Below are positions 37,786 through 49,665 of a DNA stretch of 64,000 bases, piece after piece. Position 1 is the first letter of the stretch, and each line of letters begins with the position of its first letter. Made by a program: the position numbers and the translations under genes. The notes under the pieces were generated by a model. That model ran no database searches. It was not told the DNA's origin and saw only the letters and a list, made by a program, of their open reading frames with translations. Origin of the DNA: Callorhinchus milii (lineage: Eukaryota); the NCBI RefSeq assembly GCF_018977255.1, contig NW_024704742.1:106022001-106086000 (forward strand), given 5' to 3'.

Positions 37786-38101
37786 AGTCCTGTAGCTCAG
37801 TGGTTAGAGCACTCGCCTTGCAAGAGAGACACCTGAGTTCAATTTCAGGCAGGGAGAAACCTTGGGCAAGTTTCCTTACTCCACACGCCTAATAATAATC
37901 CCTCCAAAACAAAACAATAATAAATTCGTTATTTTCAATCCACGACTGCTTGTGGGACACTGCTGTGCGCTATTGGCTGCTGCGTTTCGCCCACAAATAT
38001 ATAGTCAATTCACTTTACAGCATATTCTGTGAAGCGCTTTGAGACGTCTATAAGAGGTGAAAAGCGCTATATCAAATGCAAGGATTATTATTATTATTAT
38101 T
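37786..38101 (+). mobile_element. Young tRNA(Ala-like)-headed SINE with Deu-derived 3' half, L2-type stem-loop and (ATT)n tail
   Basis: A box TAGCTCAGTGG, TTGCAA anticodon loop, B box GTTCAATT; body GTGGGACACTGCTGTGCGC..TTGGCTGC; end AAGCGCTATATCAAATGCAAGG(ATT)n. Confidence 0.92.
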
Positions 38102-38104
38102 AAG

Positions 38105-38348
38105 TGGGAACCCGATTGTTAGTCGATTAGTGGATCGCTTTTCCGGGGGTAATAAACTCTCCTTAAAATATTCTTTTTCTCTCAATCTACAACTGTTTGT
38201 GGGACACTACTGTATACAATTGGCTGCCATGTTTTGCCCACAAAAATATACAGTCAATTCACTTTACAGTATATTCCGTGAAGTGCTTTGAGACGTCTTG
38301 AAGGTGCGATAATGTGCTATATCAAATGCAAGGATTATTGTTATTATA
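38105..38348 (+). mobile_element. SINE variant with short non-canonical head
   Basis: GGGAACCCGATTGTTAGTCGATTAGTGGATCGCTTTTCCGGGGGTAATAA followed by the shared body and tail. Confidence 0.82.
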
Positions 38349-38428
38349 TTATTTGTGATGCTGGAATAGTGTGTTAAGAAGTTATCTCAAAGGCATATCA
38401 GGAAGTTACAATCCAAATTTACATTATC

Positions 38429-38748
38429 GGAGTCCTGTAGCTCAGTGGTTAGAGCACTCGCTTTGCAAGCGAGAGACCTGAGTTCAATTCCAGACAGGGC
38501 GAAACCTTGGGCAAGTTTCCTTACTCCACACAGAGCCTAATAATAATCCCTTCAAAAAACAAAACAATAATAAATTGGTCATTTTCAATCTACGACTGTT
38601 TGTGGGACATTGCTGTGCGCAATTGGCTGCCGCGTTCGCCCACAAATATACAGTCAATTCACTTTACAGAGTGTTCTGTGAAGCGCTTTTGGGACGTCCT
38701 CCCGACGTGAAAAGCGCTATATCAAATGCAAGGATTATTATTATTATT
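38429..38748 (+). mobile_element. Young tRNA(Ala-like)-headed SINE, full length
   Basis: GGAGTCCTGTAGCTCAGTGGTTAGAGCACTCGCTTTGCAAGCGAGAGACCTGAGTTCAATTCC...(ATT)n. Confidence 0.94.
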
Positions 38749-39003
38749 TATATAGTGCCTTCCATGTTGGGAGTATATCCCAAATTGCTTAACTGCACTG
38801 GCTGGGCATCTGAGCTGAGTAGATCTTATTGATGAGGCCTGACATAATCATTGCTATGTTCAATTACTGTGTCCTTTCCTGTGTCAAAACTGAAGGTTAG
38901 ATGTTAAGGGTAAATCTTTGATGTCTAATCCAAAACAATTGTATTTGGAGTGTTGCGTTTAAACGTGATTCAAAAATATTTCTCTACACAAGGAACACAA
39001 TCA

Positions 39004-39125
39004 GAGTCCTGTAGCTCAGTGGTTAGAACGCTCGCCTCGCAAGCGAGAGACCTGGATTCGATTACCGACAGGGCAAAATGTTGGGCAAGTTTCCTTAATC
39101 CACACGCTTCTGTTTACCTAGCAGT
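39004..39125 (+). mobile_element. SINE tRNA head with a different downstream body (TCTGTTTACCTAGCAGT), truncated by L2
   Basis: GAGTCCTGTAGCTCAGTGGTTAG...CCACACGC followed by TTCTGTTTACCTAGCAGTAA; the same continuation occurs at 37745-37784. Confidence 0.8.
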
Positions 39126-39568
39126 AACAACAACAACAAGATTTCATTTATAGAGTGCCTTTCATGTTGGGAGGACGTCCCAAGGCGCTGGACAATTGGG
39201 TCGGGACCCGAACAGGGGGGAAATGGTCAGGGTGAGGGGAGGAAAGGGAGGAAGCGAGGAGGGGGTAGAGAGTCGAGAGGGGAGCTGAAGGCACGGTCGA
39301 AGAGAAAGGTCTTGAGACCGGCCTTGAAGGAGGAAAGGGAGGAGGCGGTGAAGGTACTGGGGAATGGAGATCCAGAACCTGGGGGCTGAGAGGCTGAAGG
39401 CTCGGCCACCGATGGCAGGGCGGTTGGGGCGGGGGATGTGGAGCAGACCGGAGCCAGAGGAACGGAAGGTATGGGTAGGTAAGTAGGGGGATAGTAGGTC
39501 GGAGACGTAGGAGGGAGCATGGCCATGAGTGGCCTTGTAGGTGAGGATGAGGATCTTGAATTCGAGTA
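39126..39568 (-). mobile_element. L2 LINE 3' fragment (single VNTR unit)
   Basis: ORFs 39148-39696 and 39227-39526 match the L2 C-terminus (SSLSSFKAGLKTFLFDRAF); (CAA)n tail at ~39126. Confidence 0.92.
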
Positions 39569-39571
39569 TGT

Positions 39572-39796
39572 AGGAAACCGTTAGTTGATTGGTAGATCGC
39601 TTTTCTGGGGATAATAATTATATAAAAAAAAAATTGGTCACTCAATCCATGACTCTTTGTGGGATACTGCTGTGGCAATTCGCTTTTCGCCCACAAAATA
39701 AACAGTCAATCCAGTTCACAGTATGTTGTGTGAAGTACTTTAAGACGTCTCAAAGACGTGATAAGGCGCCATATCAAATGCAAGGATTATTATTGT
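39572..39796 (+). mobile_element. SINE variant with short non-canonical head
   Basis: GGAAACCGTTAGTTGATTGGTAGATCGCTTTTCTGGGGATAATAAT followed by the shared body and tail. Confidence 0.8.
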
Positions 39797-40357
39797 TACA
39801 TAAAAGGTTGTGAAAGTGTGGGATATGCTAACCTGGAAGACCATAAATGGATAATCAATTGAGATGAATTAGACAAATATTTGGGAAGTAAAGGTATTAA
39901 GCAATATGGAAACAAAGGCTGGGAAATGGAATTAAAAAGATAAAGTGCTTCCATTTGCTACTGAAATGGCAGATCAGACTAGATGTACCAAATGAACTAT
40001 TTTTAGTTCTATGTTCACCATTAATGGAAAAAACAGGAATATTACAGATAGCCCTGTTGTGAGGAACAATTAACTTAAAATTCTTTGTCCTGTATTTGTA
40101 TACTTTAATACATTATATTATCATCAATGAAACAGTCAAAGCAAACTCAAAGAGGGAACTGTTATGACATAAGGAACACAATCACAAAGTTATTTGCTTT
40201 AGAAAGATTGAATGACCTAATCCGACTCAATCAAATTGCCATAGTGGATGGATGGCATTATTGTTTTAGCAAGTATAGGCCTCTCTAGTGTCAGGATTGT
40301 TTAAAATTACATCTGCCTGAAGGCATGATGCAGTATCGGAGGCCCCACATACCCAAA

Positions 40358-41223
40358 GCTGACACCATCAGCATCCAAGGCTGCACTCTCCACCTCTCAA
40401 AGCCAGTCAGGAACCTCGGCGTATTGTTTGACCCTGAGCTGTCCTTTCTCCCTCACATCCGCACCACAACTGGCACCGCCTTCCATCACCTCCGGAATAT
40501 CGCCAGATTACGGCACTACCTCACCCCTCACGCTGCTGAAACCCTGGTTCACGCCTTTGTCACCTCAAGGCTGGACTATGGGAACTCTCTCCTCGCCGGC
40601 CTTCCCGCCACCTCCCTCCACAAGCTGCAGGTCATTCAGAACTCTGCAGCTCGTGTACTGTCCCGCACCAGGCTTCGGGACCACATCACTCCTACCCTCG
40701 CTCGCCTCCACTGGCTCCCCATCCCCCAGAGGATTGATTTCAAGATCCTCATCCTCACCTACAAGGCCATTCACGGCCTTGCTCCCTCCTACCTCTCCAA
40801 CCTACTATCCCCCTACCTACCTGCCCGTACCCTCCGCTCCTCTGGCTCCGGTCTGCTCCACGTCCCCCGCCCCAACCGCCCTACTATCGGTGGTCGGGCC
40901 TTCAGCCTCTCAGCCCCGAGGCTCTGGAACTCCATCCCCCAGTGCCTTCGCCTTGCTTCCTCCCTTTCCTCCTTCAAGGCCGGTCTCAAAACCTTTCTCT
41001 TTGACCGAGCCTTCAGCTCCCCTCTCGACTCTCTTCCTCCTCCTCGCTCCCTCCCTTCCTCCCTCACCCTGACCATTTCCCCCTCCTCTCTCCCTCCCTT
41101 CCCTCACCCTGACCATTTCCCCCCTGCTCGGGTCATGACCCAACTGTGCAGCGCCTTGGGACGTCCTCCTGACGTGAAAGGCGCTCTATAAATGGAATCT
41201 TGTTGTTGTTGTTGTTGTTGTTG
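40358..41223 (+). mobile_element. Young L2 LINE, 5'-truncated copy (ORF2 C-terminus, 3'UTR, (TTG)n)
   Basis: ORF 40325-41191 is near-identical to the 13 kb copy (ADTISIQGCTLHLSKPVRNLGVLFD...KTFLFDRAF); ends GGAATCTTGTTGTTG... Confidence 0.96.
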
Positions 41224-41939
41224 TGTTGCCAGCTCATTCCTGTCCCAGTGGCACCAGGCAAAGTGCAGATTGATTTCCGTAATCAGAGGAGCTACTGAGA
41301 CACAGAGGGGACCACAGGTATTCTCCAAGGGCACGCAGAGCTACTGAAGGGCTACAGCTGTTGTCAGGAGACCGGGGAGGTAATTATTTATCAGTTTATG
41401 TTATCAACATGATGTCAGGATAAGGACCAAGGTTCACGTTTTGAAAAGCCACATTCCTGACAAACACTGACGGGTAATGAGCATTCACTGTATCTATGAA
41501 TGATAAGACAGGTACGAATGTCTCATCTATCTTGTTATCCCATTCATGAATCCCTTTTATAATGATGAAAAAGTTGGATATCATTCGCATGTAAAAATAA
41601 TGTTAAATTAATTTCTTTTTAGTTTGTTTTTTCTTTATAGACCCAACTCATCTTAATATCTCTTTTGAAGAGTTTAATTGATTTTGACAATGCATGCAAG
41701 CAACAATTGAATTTAAACTGGTTTATGTTAACTACCTTCCTCAATAGGTTTTTAAACCTGCATATTTGGACTGTAAGTGATCTTTTGTGAAGGTTGTTAT
41801 AAATGAACTAAACTGTGCCAATGATTCAAATGGCAAGTTTAAAACAAAATAAGGAGATCTAGTTTGAACTTTTTTTTAGACAGTAATAATAATTTTTGCA
41901 TTTGATATAGCGCCTAATCAAGGAATTAGGTAACTCCAA

Positions 41940-42136
41940 CAAAAAAAAGAATAATTTGGTCACTCAATCCATGACTGTTTGTGGGATACTGCGATGTGCA
42001 ATCGGCTGCCGTGTTTCGCCCACAAAATATACAGTCAATTCACTTTACAGTCTATTCTGTGAAGCGCTTTGAGATGTCTAGAAGACATGAAAAGCTCTAT
42101 ATCAAATGCAAGGGTTATTATTATGTATTATTATTA
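41940..42136 (+). mobile_element. SINE 3' half
   Basis: Shared body and stem-loop/tail. Confidence 0.85.
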
Positions 42137-42498
42137 ATTGAGATGTGTCATAGTGCTTGACAGGAGTTATTGTGAATTATAATGACTGTGTATTTGTAGG
42201 CAAGTGCGTCAGCCAATTTGTACCCAGCAATGTGTCACAGCCATGAAGTGAGTGTCCAATTTTAATTGGGGAATTGTTGGCCAGGACATAGGGAGAAACT
42301 TTCTTTTCTGTTCAAATGGTACCATGGGATCTTTAACATCCACCTGAACAGGTAGACAGAAGCTTGGCCTAACATTTCATCCAAAGGATGGCACCTCCAA
42401 TAGTGCAGTGCACCTCCAGCACTGCAATGGAGTGGCAGCCTAGATTGTGTGTTCAGAGTTCTGATGTGGTGCTTGAACCCACAACCTTCTGACTCAGC
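42137..42498 (-). mobile_element. DeuSINE (SacSINE1-like)
   Basis: Reverse complement of the Deu core (CCATGGGATCTTTAACATCCACCTGA) and head (ACAACCTTCTGACTCAG). Confidence 0.85.
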
Positions 42499-43908
42499 CA
42501 GGCTGACAACTAATAAATACATAATCATTATGATCACACCATAGGATGTAACTTCCCTCCCAACACTTCTATGATGCAGGCTTCTGATGTTGTATAGAGC
42601 AACTTAAGTAGGTTAAAACAAATAGTCCTTACCTATGCATATTAGTCCACTTTCATGTAATACTATGTTCCAAGTCACTTGAATACAGAACACTTTGTTT
42701 TTGTTTGTTCATTTATTGTTTTGCTCATCAAAGTCAGAAATGCCAATGCTGAGAAGCAGAACACTCCTAAAAAACGTTTTACATTCTGCAACCAGCATCA
42801 ACCTTAGGTTTCCCAGGACAGGTGGAGCGCAGGTTAAATGCAGAGTGACAATGTGCCTTATTCTCCACTGTACCAGTGACATTTTCGATTTTCCACAACA
42901 GTCACCTTTATGGCCTCTCTAAATGAGATTATCAATTTAGAAGCACTCTATGCCATTTTGAGGGCAGCTTTGTGATGTGAAAATGCATTGTCTTGGTACA
43001 GAGTTAAAACCACCTAAATTCATTTCAGATGGAATCTTACAGAGATAGACAGTTTTTTTAAAGAAAATGTATGTCTGGGTTGTATGCGAAATCAACAGTT
43101 AAGGAAGGAAAGACTGGGTCTTTCACTTTAAATTGGGTTTATAAAAATAAGTGGTTTGCAACAGGATTCACTGATGGGGAATCCTACCACCAACTGACAG
43201 TATGTCGTGGCTGATTCACAGGAATCCTGCAATCAACCTTGGGGCTTTAGGGCAGCAATCTTACACTGCAGGTCACCCTGACAATTTGATATCTGCAACT
43301 TTGAATTGCTATTGGTTTGCCTATGAAATACACAATCACTACACTCTATGGTAAATCCCGTGAAGTTTCAACGGCACAATAAGGTGCTATATTAAATGCA
43401 AGAATTATTAGTTAATCCAGTTGCAAACCATTTCTGAGAGGTTGCACCCCAATATGCTACTCATCACTCCTGGTTGAAGGAGATTTTATGAATCTTGAAA
43501 TGTCAAGGTATCATAACAACAAATGGTGAGACAAGTGGAGAAAAGCAGTGTTACTTTTTCTGTTCCATTGAGATCCTGATCTCTGCTGCAAAGACCTCTC
43601 CTCAATCAGGGAGGGAAAATGTAAAGGTTTAATGATTGCTGGGCCACCATTGTACACCTAGCCTGACAGGCTGTAGAATGACATTAGTGAAGCACTGGGA
43701 GGATTATGCTATTCTGCCTACCCTGTTTCCTGCAGGACATGCTTGAATTAATGGTGTCTCTATAAGGCACAAATGGTTAAGAAACATAAGGAGTTTCACA
43801 CCCTCAAAAAATAAACCTTGCATTTGATATAGCGTCTTTCACATCAGGAGCAAGTTTCATAACGCTTTACAGGATATACTGTAAAATGTAGTGACTGTGT
43901 ATTTTAGT

Positions 43909-44335
43909 GTCAACTTGGCTCAGTTGGTAGCACATTTGCCTCTGAGTTAGAAAGTTGAAGATTCAAGCCCCACGTCAGGACTTGAACTCACATAGTCTAA
44001 CTGATACTCCAATACAGGGCTGGGGGGTGTTGCATTGTCGGAGTTGCTGTCCTTCGGATGAAACGTTAAACTGAGGTCCTGTCTGGCTGCTCAGGTGAAC
44101 ATAAAAGATCCCATGGCACTAATCGAAAAGAGAAGGGAGTTTCTCCCAGTGTCCTAGCCAACAACCCTCCAAATAAAATTGGTCATTCACTTTGTGGCTG
44201 TTTGTGGAACATTGCTGTGCACAAATGGTCTACTGTATTCACCGACAGATACACAGTATTCATTCCACCTCACAGTAAATGCTGTGAAGCACTTTGGGAT
44301 ATCCTCCTGAGTCTATACCTCTGAAAGGTGCTATA
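43909..44335 (+). mobile_element. Older DeuSINE (SacSINE1-like): tRNA-like head, Deu domain, L2-type tail
   Basis: Head TGGCTCAGTTGGTAGCA..GCCTCTGAGT.AGAA; Deu-type core GGATGAAACGTTAAACTGAGGTCCTGTCT..AAAGATCCCATGGCACT..GTGTCCT.GCCAA. Resembles shark SacSINE1 from memory. Confidence 0.85.
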
Positions 44336-44337
44336 CC

Positions 44338-44655
44338 TGGCACATCCTTACCTCTCCAACCTGCTTACCCCTCAACCCACAACCCGTTGCCTCCACTTGA
44401 CTGGCTCCGGCCTTCTGCACGTTCCACCATTGGTGGCTGTACTTTAAGCTACGATGTCCCGAAACCCTGTAACACTTTTCCTCTATCCCTCTGCCTTGCC
44501 CCTTCCTCCCCCATCTTCAGGTCTCGCCTGAATACCTACGGTCAATTCCCCCTCCCCCCGGCTCGGTGTCGTGCTCCGCAACTGTCAAGCGCTTTGGGAC
44601 GCTACTCTGTGTGAGAGGTGCTATATAAAGGCAAGTTGTTGTTGAAGTTGTTATT
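44338..44655 (+). mobile_element. L2 3' fragment inserted into a DeuSINE tail
   Basis: STIGG..FS, FRSRL remnants and TTG tail; 7-bp CTATACC duplicated at 44331-44337 and 44656-44662. Confidence 0.8.
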
Positions 44656-45144
44656 CTATACCAAATGCAAGAATTATAATTATTATTATTATTATTATTA
44701 TTTTGTGAGTTAACACAGCAGACAATTTATGCACAGCAATGACCCACAAACAACCGTGAAGTGAATTATTACATTTATTGAAAACGACCTAAAAAAATTC
44801 CAGGCCTGTGAAAGGAAAACAACAAGGCTATAATGATAGCTAATTATGTATAAATATACTATGTATATATTGCATTATGACTATCCAATTACTGACACTG
44901 AAATATTAATGGCTTTGATTAAGTAGAACAAAGTAACAATGCAAACTGGGTAAAACATTTTTTGGAACTGATACTGAATAATTTGTGTATGAAACCATTA
45001 TATTGATGCCAGACACCAAAGTGGAGAGCCATTATAGAGGAACAATTTGGCTAGCACCAGAGACCGATACATCCATATAAATGGCATGTGAGTTGCATAC
45101 ACACTGCAGAGTGTATCACAGATGTGTATCACAGGAATATTAGT

Positions 45145-45461
45145 GGAGTCCTGTAGCTCAGTGGTTAGAGCACTCGCTTTGCAAGCGAGACACCTGGGTT
45201 CAATTCCAGGCAGGGCGAAACCTTGGGCAAGTTTCCTTACTCCACACAGAGCCTAATAATAATCCCTCCAAAACCAAAAACAATAATAAATTGGTCATTT
45301 TCAATCTACGGCTGTTTGTGGGACATTGCTGTGTGCAATTGGCTGCCGCGTTCGCCCACAAATATAATCAATACACTTTACAGTGTGTTCTGTGAAGCGC
45401 TTTGGGACGTCCTCCTGACGTGAAAAGCGCTATATCAAATGCAAGGATTATTATTATTATT
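45145..45461 (+). mobile_element. Young tRNA(Ala-like)-headed SINE, full length
   Basis: Near-identical to the 38429 copy; intact A and B boxes. Confidence 0.94.
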
Positions 45462-45924
45462 AACATGTAGACCATGTGGGATTTAATGTATCTTGGTGTT
45501 TAGTGAATAATTCTCGTAACAGATATTGAAAGAAGATCCTAATTAATGTATAAATTGCTTTAAAAGAGTTAAAACCCGACCCAACTGTCCAGCGCCTTGG
45601 GACGTCCTCCTGACGTGAAAGGTGCTCTATAACTGAAATCTTGCTGTTGTTGTTGTTGTAAAAACATGTGGCACTACTGTACATACCCATTTGTATATTT
45701 TTTCATTTCAGTGCCATTTCACATTAATAAAACATAGCAACCGGTATAAGTAAGTTTTAATTCCATATCATTTCATAAAAGGAAATACTTTTATGTGTAA
45801 ATTCAGTGCATGTAACAATTTATTTTTAGAGGTTAATATTTATATTTTATTGAATGCTTGTAAAGAGGTTTCACTGAGAACAACAACAACAAATTACATT
45901 GGTACAAGTTACGTTGTTATTACG

Positions 45925-46140
45925 TTTCGCCCACAAATATACAGTCAATTCACTTTACAGTATATTCTGTGAAGCGCTTTGAGATGTCTAGAAGATGTAA
46001 AAAGCGCTATATCAAATGCAAGGATTATTATTATTATTTGTATAGCGCCTTTCACGTTGGGAGTATGGGAGAACTGTAGAAGGTAGACTATAGTCCACGG
46101 AGAATTGTAGAAATTAGAGTTGTGCCTTAGACGTTAGTGA
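45925..46140 (+). mobile_element. SINE 3' end with the same 3' extension as the 28.3 kb copy
   Basis: TTTCGCCCACAAATATAC...(ATT)n followed by TTGTATAGCGCCTTTCAC...GTTGTGCCTTAGACGTTAGTGA. Confidence 0.88.
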
Positions 46141-46954
46141 ATGTGTTCGATCTGAGTTCCATTCTCTGGTACATTGTTCAAATAATTAGAAATTTCATTA
46201 CAAAACAATCTTATAATTCGTTAAATTACAGTGTTTTTTTAATGCATTAGAGAAAAACTGACCACATTTCTGTGGAATCCCCACAAACTTGATTTGATTC
46301 CCTAAGGATTTTAATTTTCTTTGTAAGTTTGAAATACAGTATGCTCCTGCTTTCAATCATGTAATCATGTCAAAAGTGGTATTCATAAATATCTAAAGTG
46401 TTCTATGCTAACTAGAAGTGGAAGACCAGTGTGACGGCCACAGCTTGATTATGAATAGATTTTCAACTCTCTCCAAGCTCCAGGGATTCCTGTGTTTTGG
46501 AGGAAAACATTCTAAGATCAACTTTAGAACGAAAGCAGGAAATGAAGGAATTTGCTTTTTCTTGGCGCCTCCCCCCAACCCCCCACCACACAATTTTCTC
46601 TTCTTTGTCTGGAGGCAGTGACTGCCAATGAGGTAAATGTAATAGATTCCGGTGGTATTCAAGTAGCCTCGGCTAAGTGACCTTTTTTTCATTTGTGAGT
46701 GCTTGTAGGCTTCTTACTGTGGTGGACACACTTCACCTGAGCCTATTCCTGTGGATAGCTATGCTATGTGCTTTCCAGTAGCAATCACTGGACATCAAAA
46801 GACTGATTTCTTTCCCTCCTTGTCCAGGGAAACTGAAGCAAATTGTCCAACTGCTTCCCTAGTTGGGATTAGTGGTGTAAGCATAGGGCAAAGGTTAAAC
46901 AGCCTCATCCTCTATATTGCTCAGTCGTAAACCCTTTGGCAGGTCGAGCAGTGA

Positions 46955-47310
46955 TTAGACAAGCTCATGCTCTTCAGCCTTGAGAGAAGATGACTCAGAA
47001 AGAATCTCTTGGAGGTACATGCAATTATAAATGGGATTGAAAAATTAAACCTAGAATACTACTTTAGGATGCACCAGGAAGGTAGAATAAGAGGACATAG
47101 ATTTACAGTTTCAGGCTAGACATAGGAAATTTATTCTTTATTCAAAGGCTAATTAATGACTGGAACAGGTTGCCGGGAAGGATAGTTGAGGCCAGGACAC
47201 TGGACTCATTTAAAAAGTAGTTTGATGCTGCGTGAATGTTCCAGAGAAATTAGATCAAATTTACTGAAGGGCATTATTCTGCTTCCAAACCAATGTTCTG
47301 ATCTTGTGAC
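46955..47310 (+). mobile_element. Old CR1 C-terminal fragment
   Basis: LFSLERR*LR..L.EV..IING, RGH.F, WNRLP..IVEA....FK. Confidence 0.8.
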
Positions 47311-48189
47311 TCTCAGTTTCTAATTTACAAATGGTTACCTCCGGAATTGTGCACAAATAGCTTCAATATTTCTTTATTGCTTTGTGAAAGTCACAGCATT
47401 ATTATTATATTCTTTCCTTTCTGTATTCTCACTTATTCTCCTTGCTGCATAGAATAAAATGTCCCGGCCATAATAGCTGAGAACTATGCAAGTAAAATCT
47501 GGTCACAAATCTGGAAGCACTGTAGTTATTTATTTCGGTTACAAAATACTACTAAAGCCTTCAAAGACTTGTTGTGAGTGCTTGTTACTTGAATGTTCAT
47601 TAGAAAGACTGTAATTCAGGAGTGTTGCAGGTACAAGCTATTCAGATGACGGATTTTTACTGCCCAGGCTGAATACTATGGAACAATCAATAGTACCCAT
47701 TAACTTGAGTTATTTCTGATGCAATTTAAAAAAGGAAGCAACACATGCAGAAAGCTACTGTTTAATTTATATCTGCTACCATTGAAACCTTAAAATCAAA
47801 AATCAAAAAGGCAATTGACCTTTTAAATTATGCACTTTTATGACCTTTTAAATTATGCATTTAATTTATGCATTATTCATCAAACTAATTCTAGATACTG
47901 CAGTTTCCTCTTACTGTTTCTTACCATAAATAAAGGTCATTATTGTGACTGAATTTTAGATAAAAACTATTTCTTTTATGCTCTATTTATTCTATTATCT
48001 GGTTGAAAATAGTCATTCTGTTGCTCATCTCATTTTTGATCACTGTGTTACCGATGAAACATTTAAAGTAATCCTGAATAAGTCACTGCTTAATGCAAGT
48101 TTCTAGTATTGTACCTACATTGTAGGCAGTAACCTTTCAAAAGCATTGACCCTCCAGGTCTTTCTCATAAGTTAAATTAAAGCAGAATG

Positions 48190-48485
48190 TATAATAATAT
48201 TAATAATCCTACATGTGATATTGTGGCTTTCATATTGGGAGGACAAAGGGCTTCACAGAATTTACTGTACAATGTGTGTTGGTTGGTGTACTCAGCAGCC
48301 AAATTGCACACAAACAAAGTCCTACAAACAGCTATGAAGTGAATGACCAATTTTGTTTGGAGGGATTGTTGGCCAGGACAGCCTCAAGAAACTCCCTTCT
48401 CTTTTTGAATAGCACCATGAGATCTTTAATGTCCACCTGAACAGATAGATGGACCTTGGTTTAATGTCTCTTTTGAAGGATGAAT
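48190..48485 (-). mobile_element. DeuSINE fragment
   Basis: CCATGAGATCTTTAATGTCCACCTGAA; TTGGCCAGGACA. Confidence 0.8.
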
Positions 48486-48982
48486 ACTATACCTTTTTGT
48501 ATTAAATACTCAAGGTTATGAAACTCTATCTTTTACAAATTAATTGTAAAAATACAGTAATAATAACAATAATAGGTCCTTATTGTGTCATCAAGACATC
48601 TCAAAGCACGTCACAGAATTTTACTATGAAGTGTAGTGACTGTATTTTGTAGTCAAGATTGGTGTGTAGAATTTAAATATTTGCAATTTTGCTGTGGCTT
48701 GCGCACCAAAGGAAATTCCTGACAAGAACATTAAGGATTTAGTTGTAAGGTAATTAAAAATCGTTGACACTCAGCTTGGATCTGAAGCACAACAACAACA
48801 AAATTACATTTATAGAGCACCTTTCACATCAGGAGGACACTGACTGTCCAGCGCCTTGGGATATCCTCCCAACGTGAAAGACGCTATCCAAATGTAATTT
48901 TGTTGCTGTTGTTGGAATTATGCACTCTGAGATGCCATCTGGCATGAAGGGTGCTATATAAATGCAAGTTGTTGTTGTTGAA

Positions 48983-49141
48983 TTAGGTAAACATGATGCA
49001 TCCCTCTGGAGAGAGAGTGTGCATTCCATTCCAGACATGAGAATTTCCATGTGTGGGTGGGATGCATGGAACTCTCGGTTTGGATACTCTTAAGTGTGAT
49101 GATGGGTTTCCGCACATGTCAGACACCCGGCTGACCAAAAA
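48983..49141 (+). repeat. Unnamed repeat, 3' part
   Basis: GTGTGCATTCC..TTTCCATGTGTGGGTGGGATGCATGGAACTCTCGGTTTGGATA..CAGACACCC..CCAAAAA. Confidence 0.8.
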
Positions 49142-49462
49142 GAAGCACAGATTGCGTGCTGTATTAATGGAGGTCCTGGCATTCAAGATAAGAAGTTAAA
49201 ACCTAGGTTTTGTTAGCCATCAAGTGAGATCAATAGTTTTGGGGACAATCATTGAAGCAGACAACATGAATGGCTTCAAGAGCCAACTGGTTATATTTCT
49301 GCAGAAAGAAGGGATTGAGAAAAATGATGAGAAGCAAGATGTGGAGGCTGGGGTGTTGGGACCTGTTAAAATGGTGGGTGTATTGGTACTTTAATTCTTT
49401 TTCTGAGATTCTGGGAGACAAATGTTAATGTAGATCTTGATGCTGATGCCAAAGCTTGAGAG

Positions 49463-49665
49463 AGAATCATAGAATCATAGAATCGTACAGCACAAAAAGA
49501 GGCCAATCGGCCCATCGAGTTTGTGCGGCTTTTGAATAGAGCAATTAATGTCAATCCCACTCCCCAGCCCTTTCCCCATAACCCTGAAAACCCGTCCTCC
49601 TCAAATACCCGTCCACCGCGTTTTTAAAAGTAGTTATCGAATCGGCCTCGACCACCCTTTCAGAA
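49463..49665 (-). mobile_element. CR1 3' end with (GATTCTAT)n tail
   Basis: ERVVEADSITTFKNAVD..L..GFQGYG; AGAATCATAGAATCATAGAATC. Confidence 0.9.

Noticed and set aside
38429..38500. Apparent tRNA-Ala(TGC) genes (also 37786, 45145, 39004)
   Set aside because: They are SINE heads: they run into a SINE body and tail, and the acceptor stem does not pair properly.
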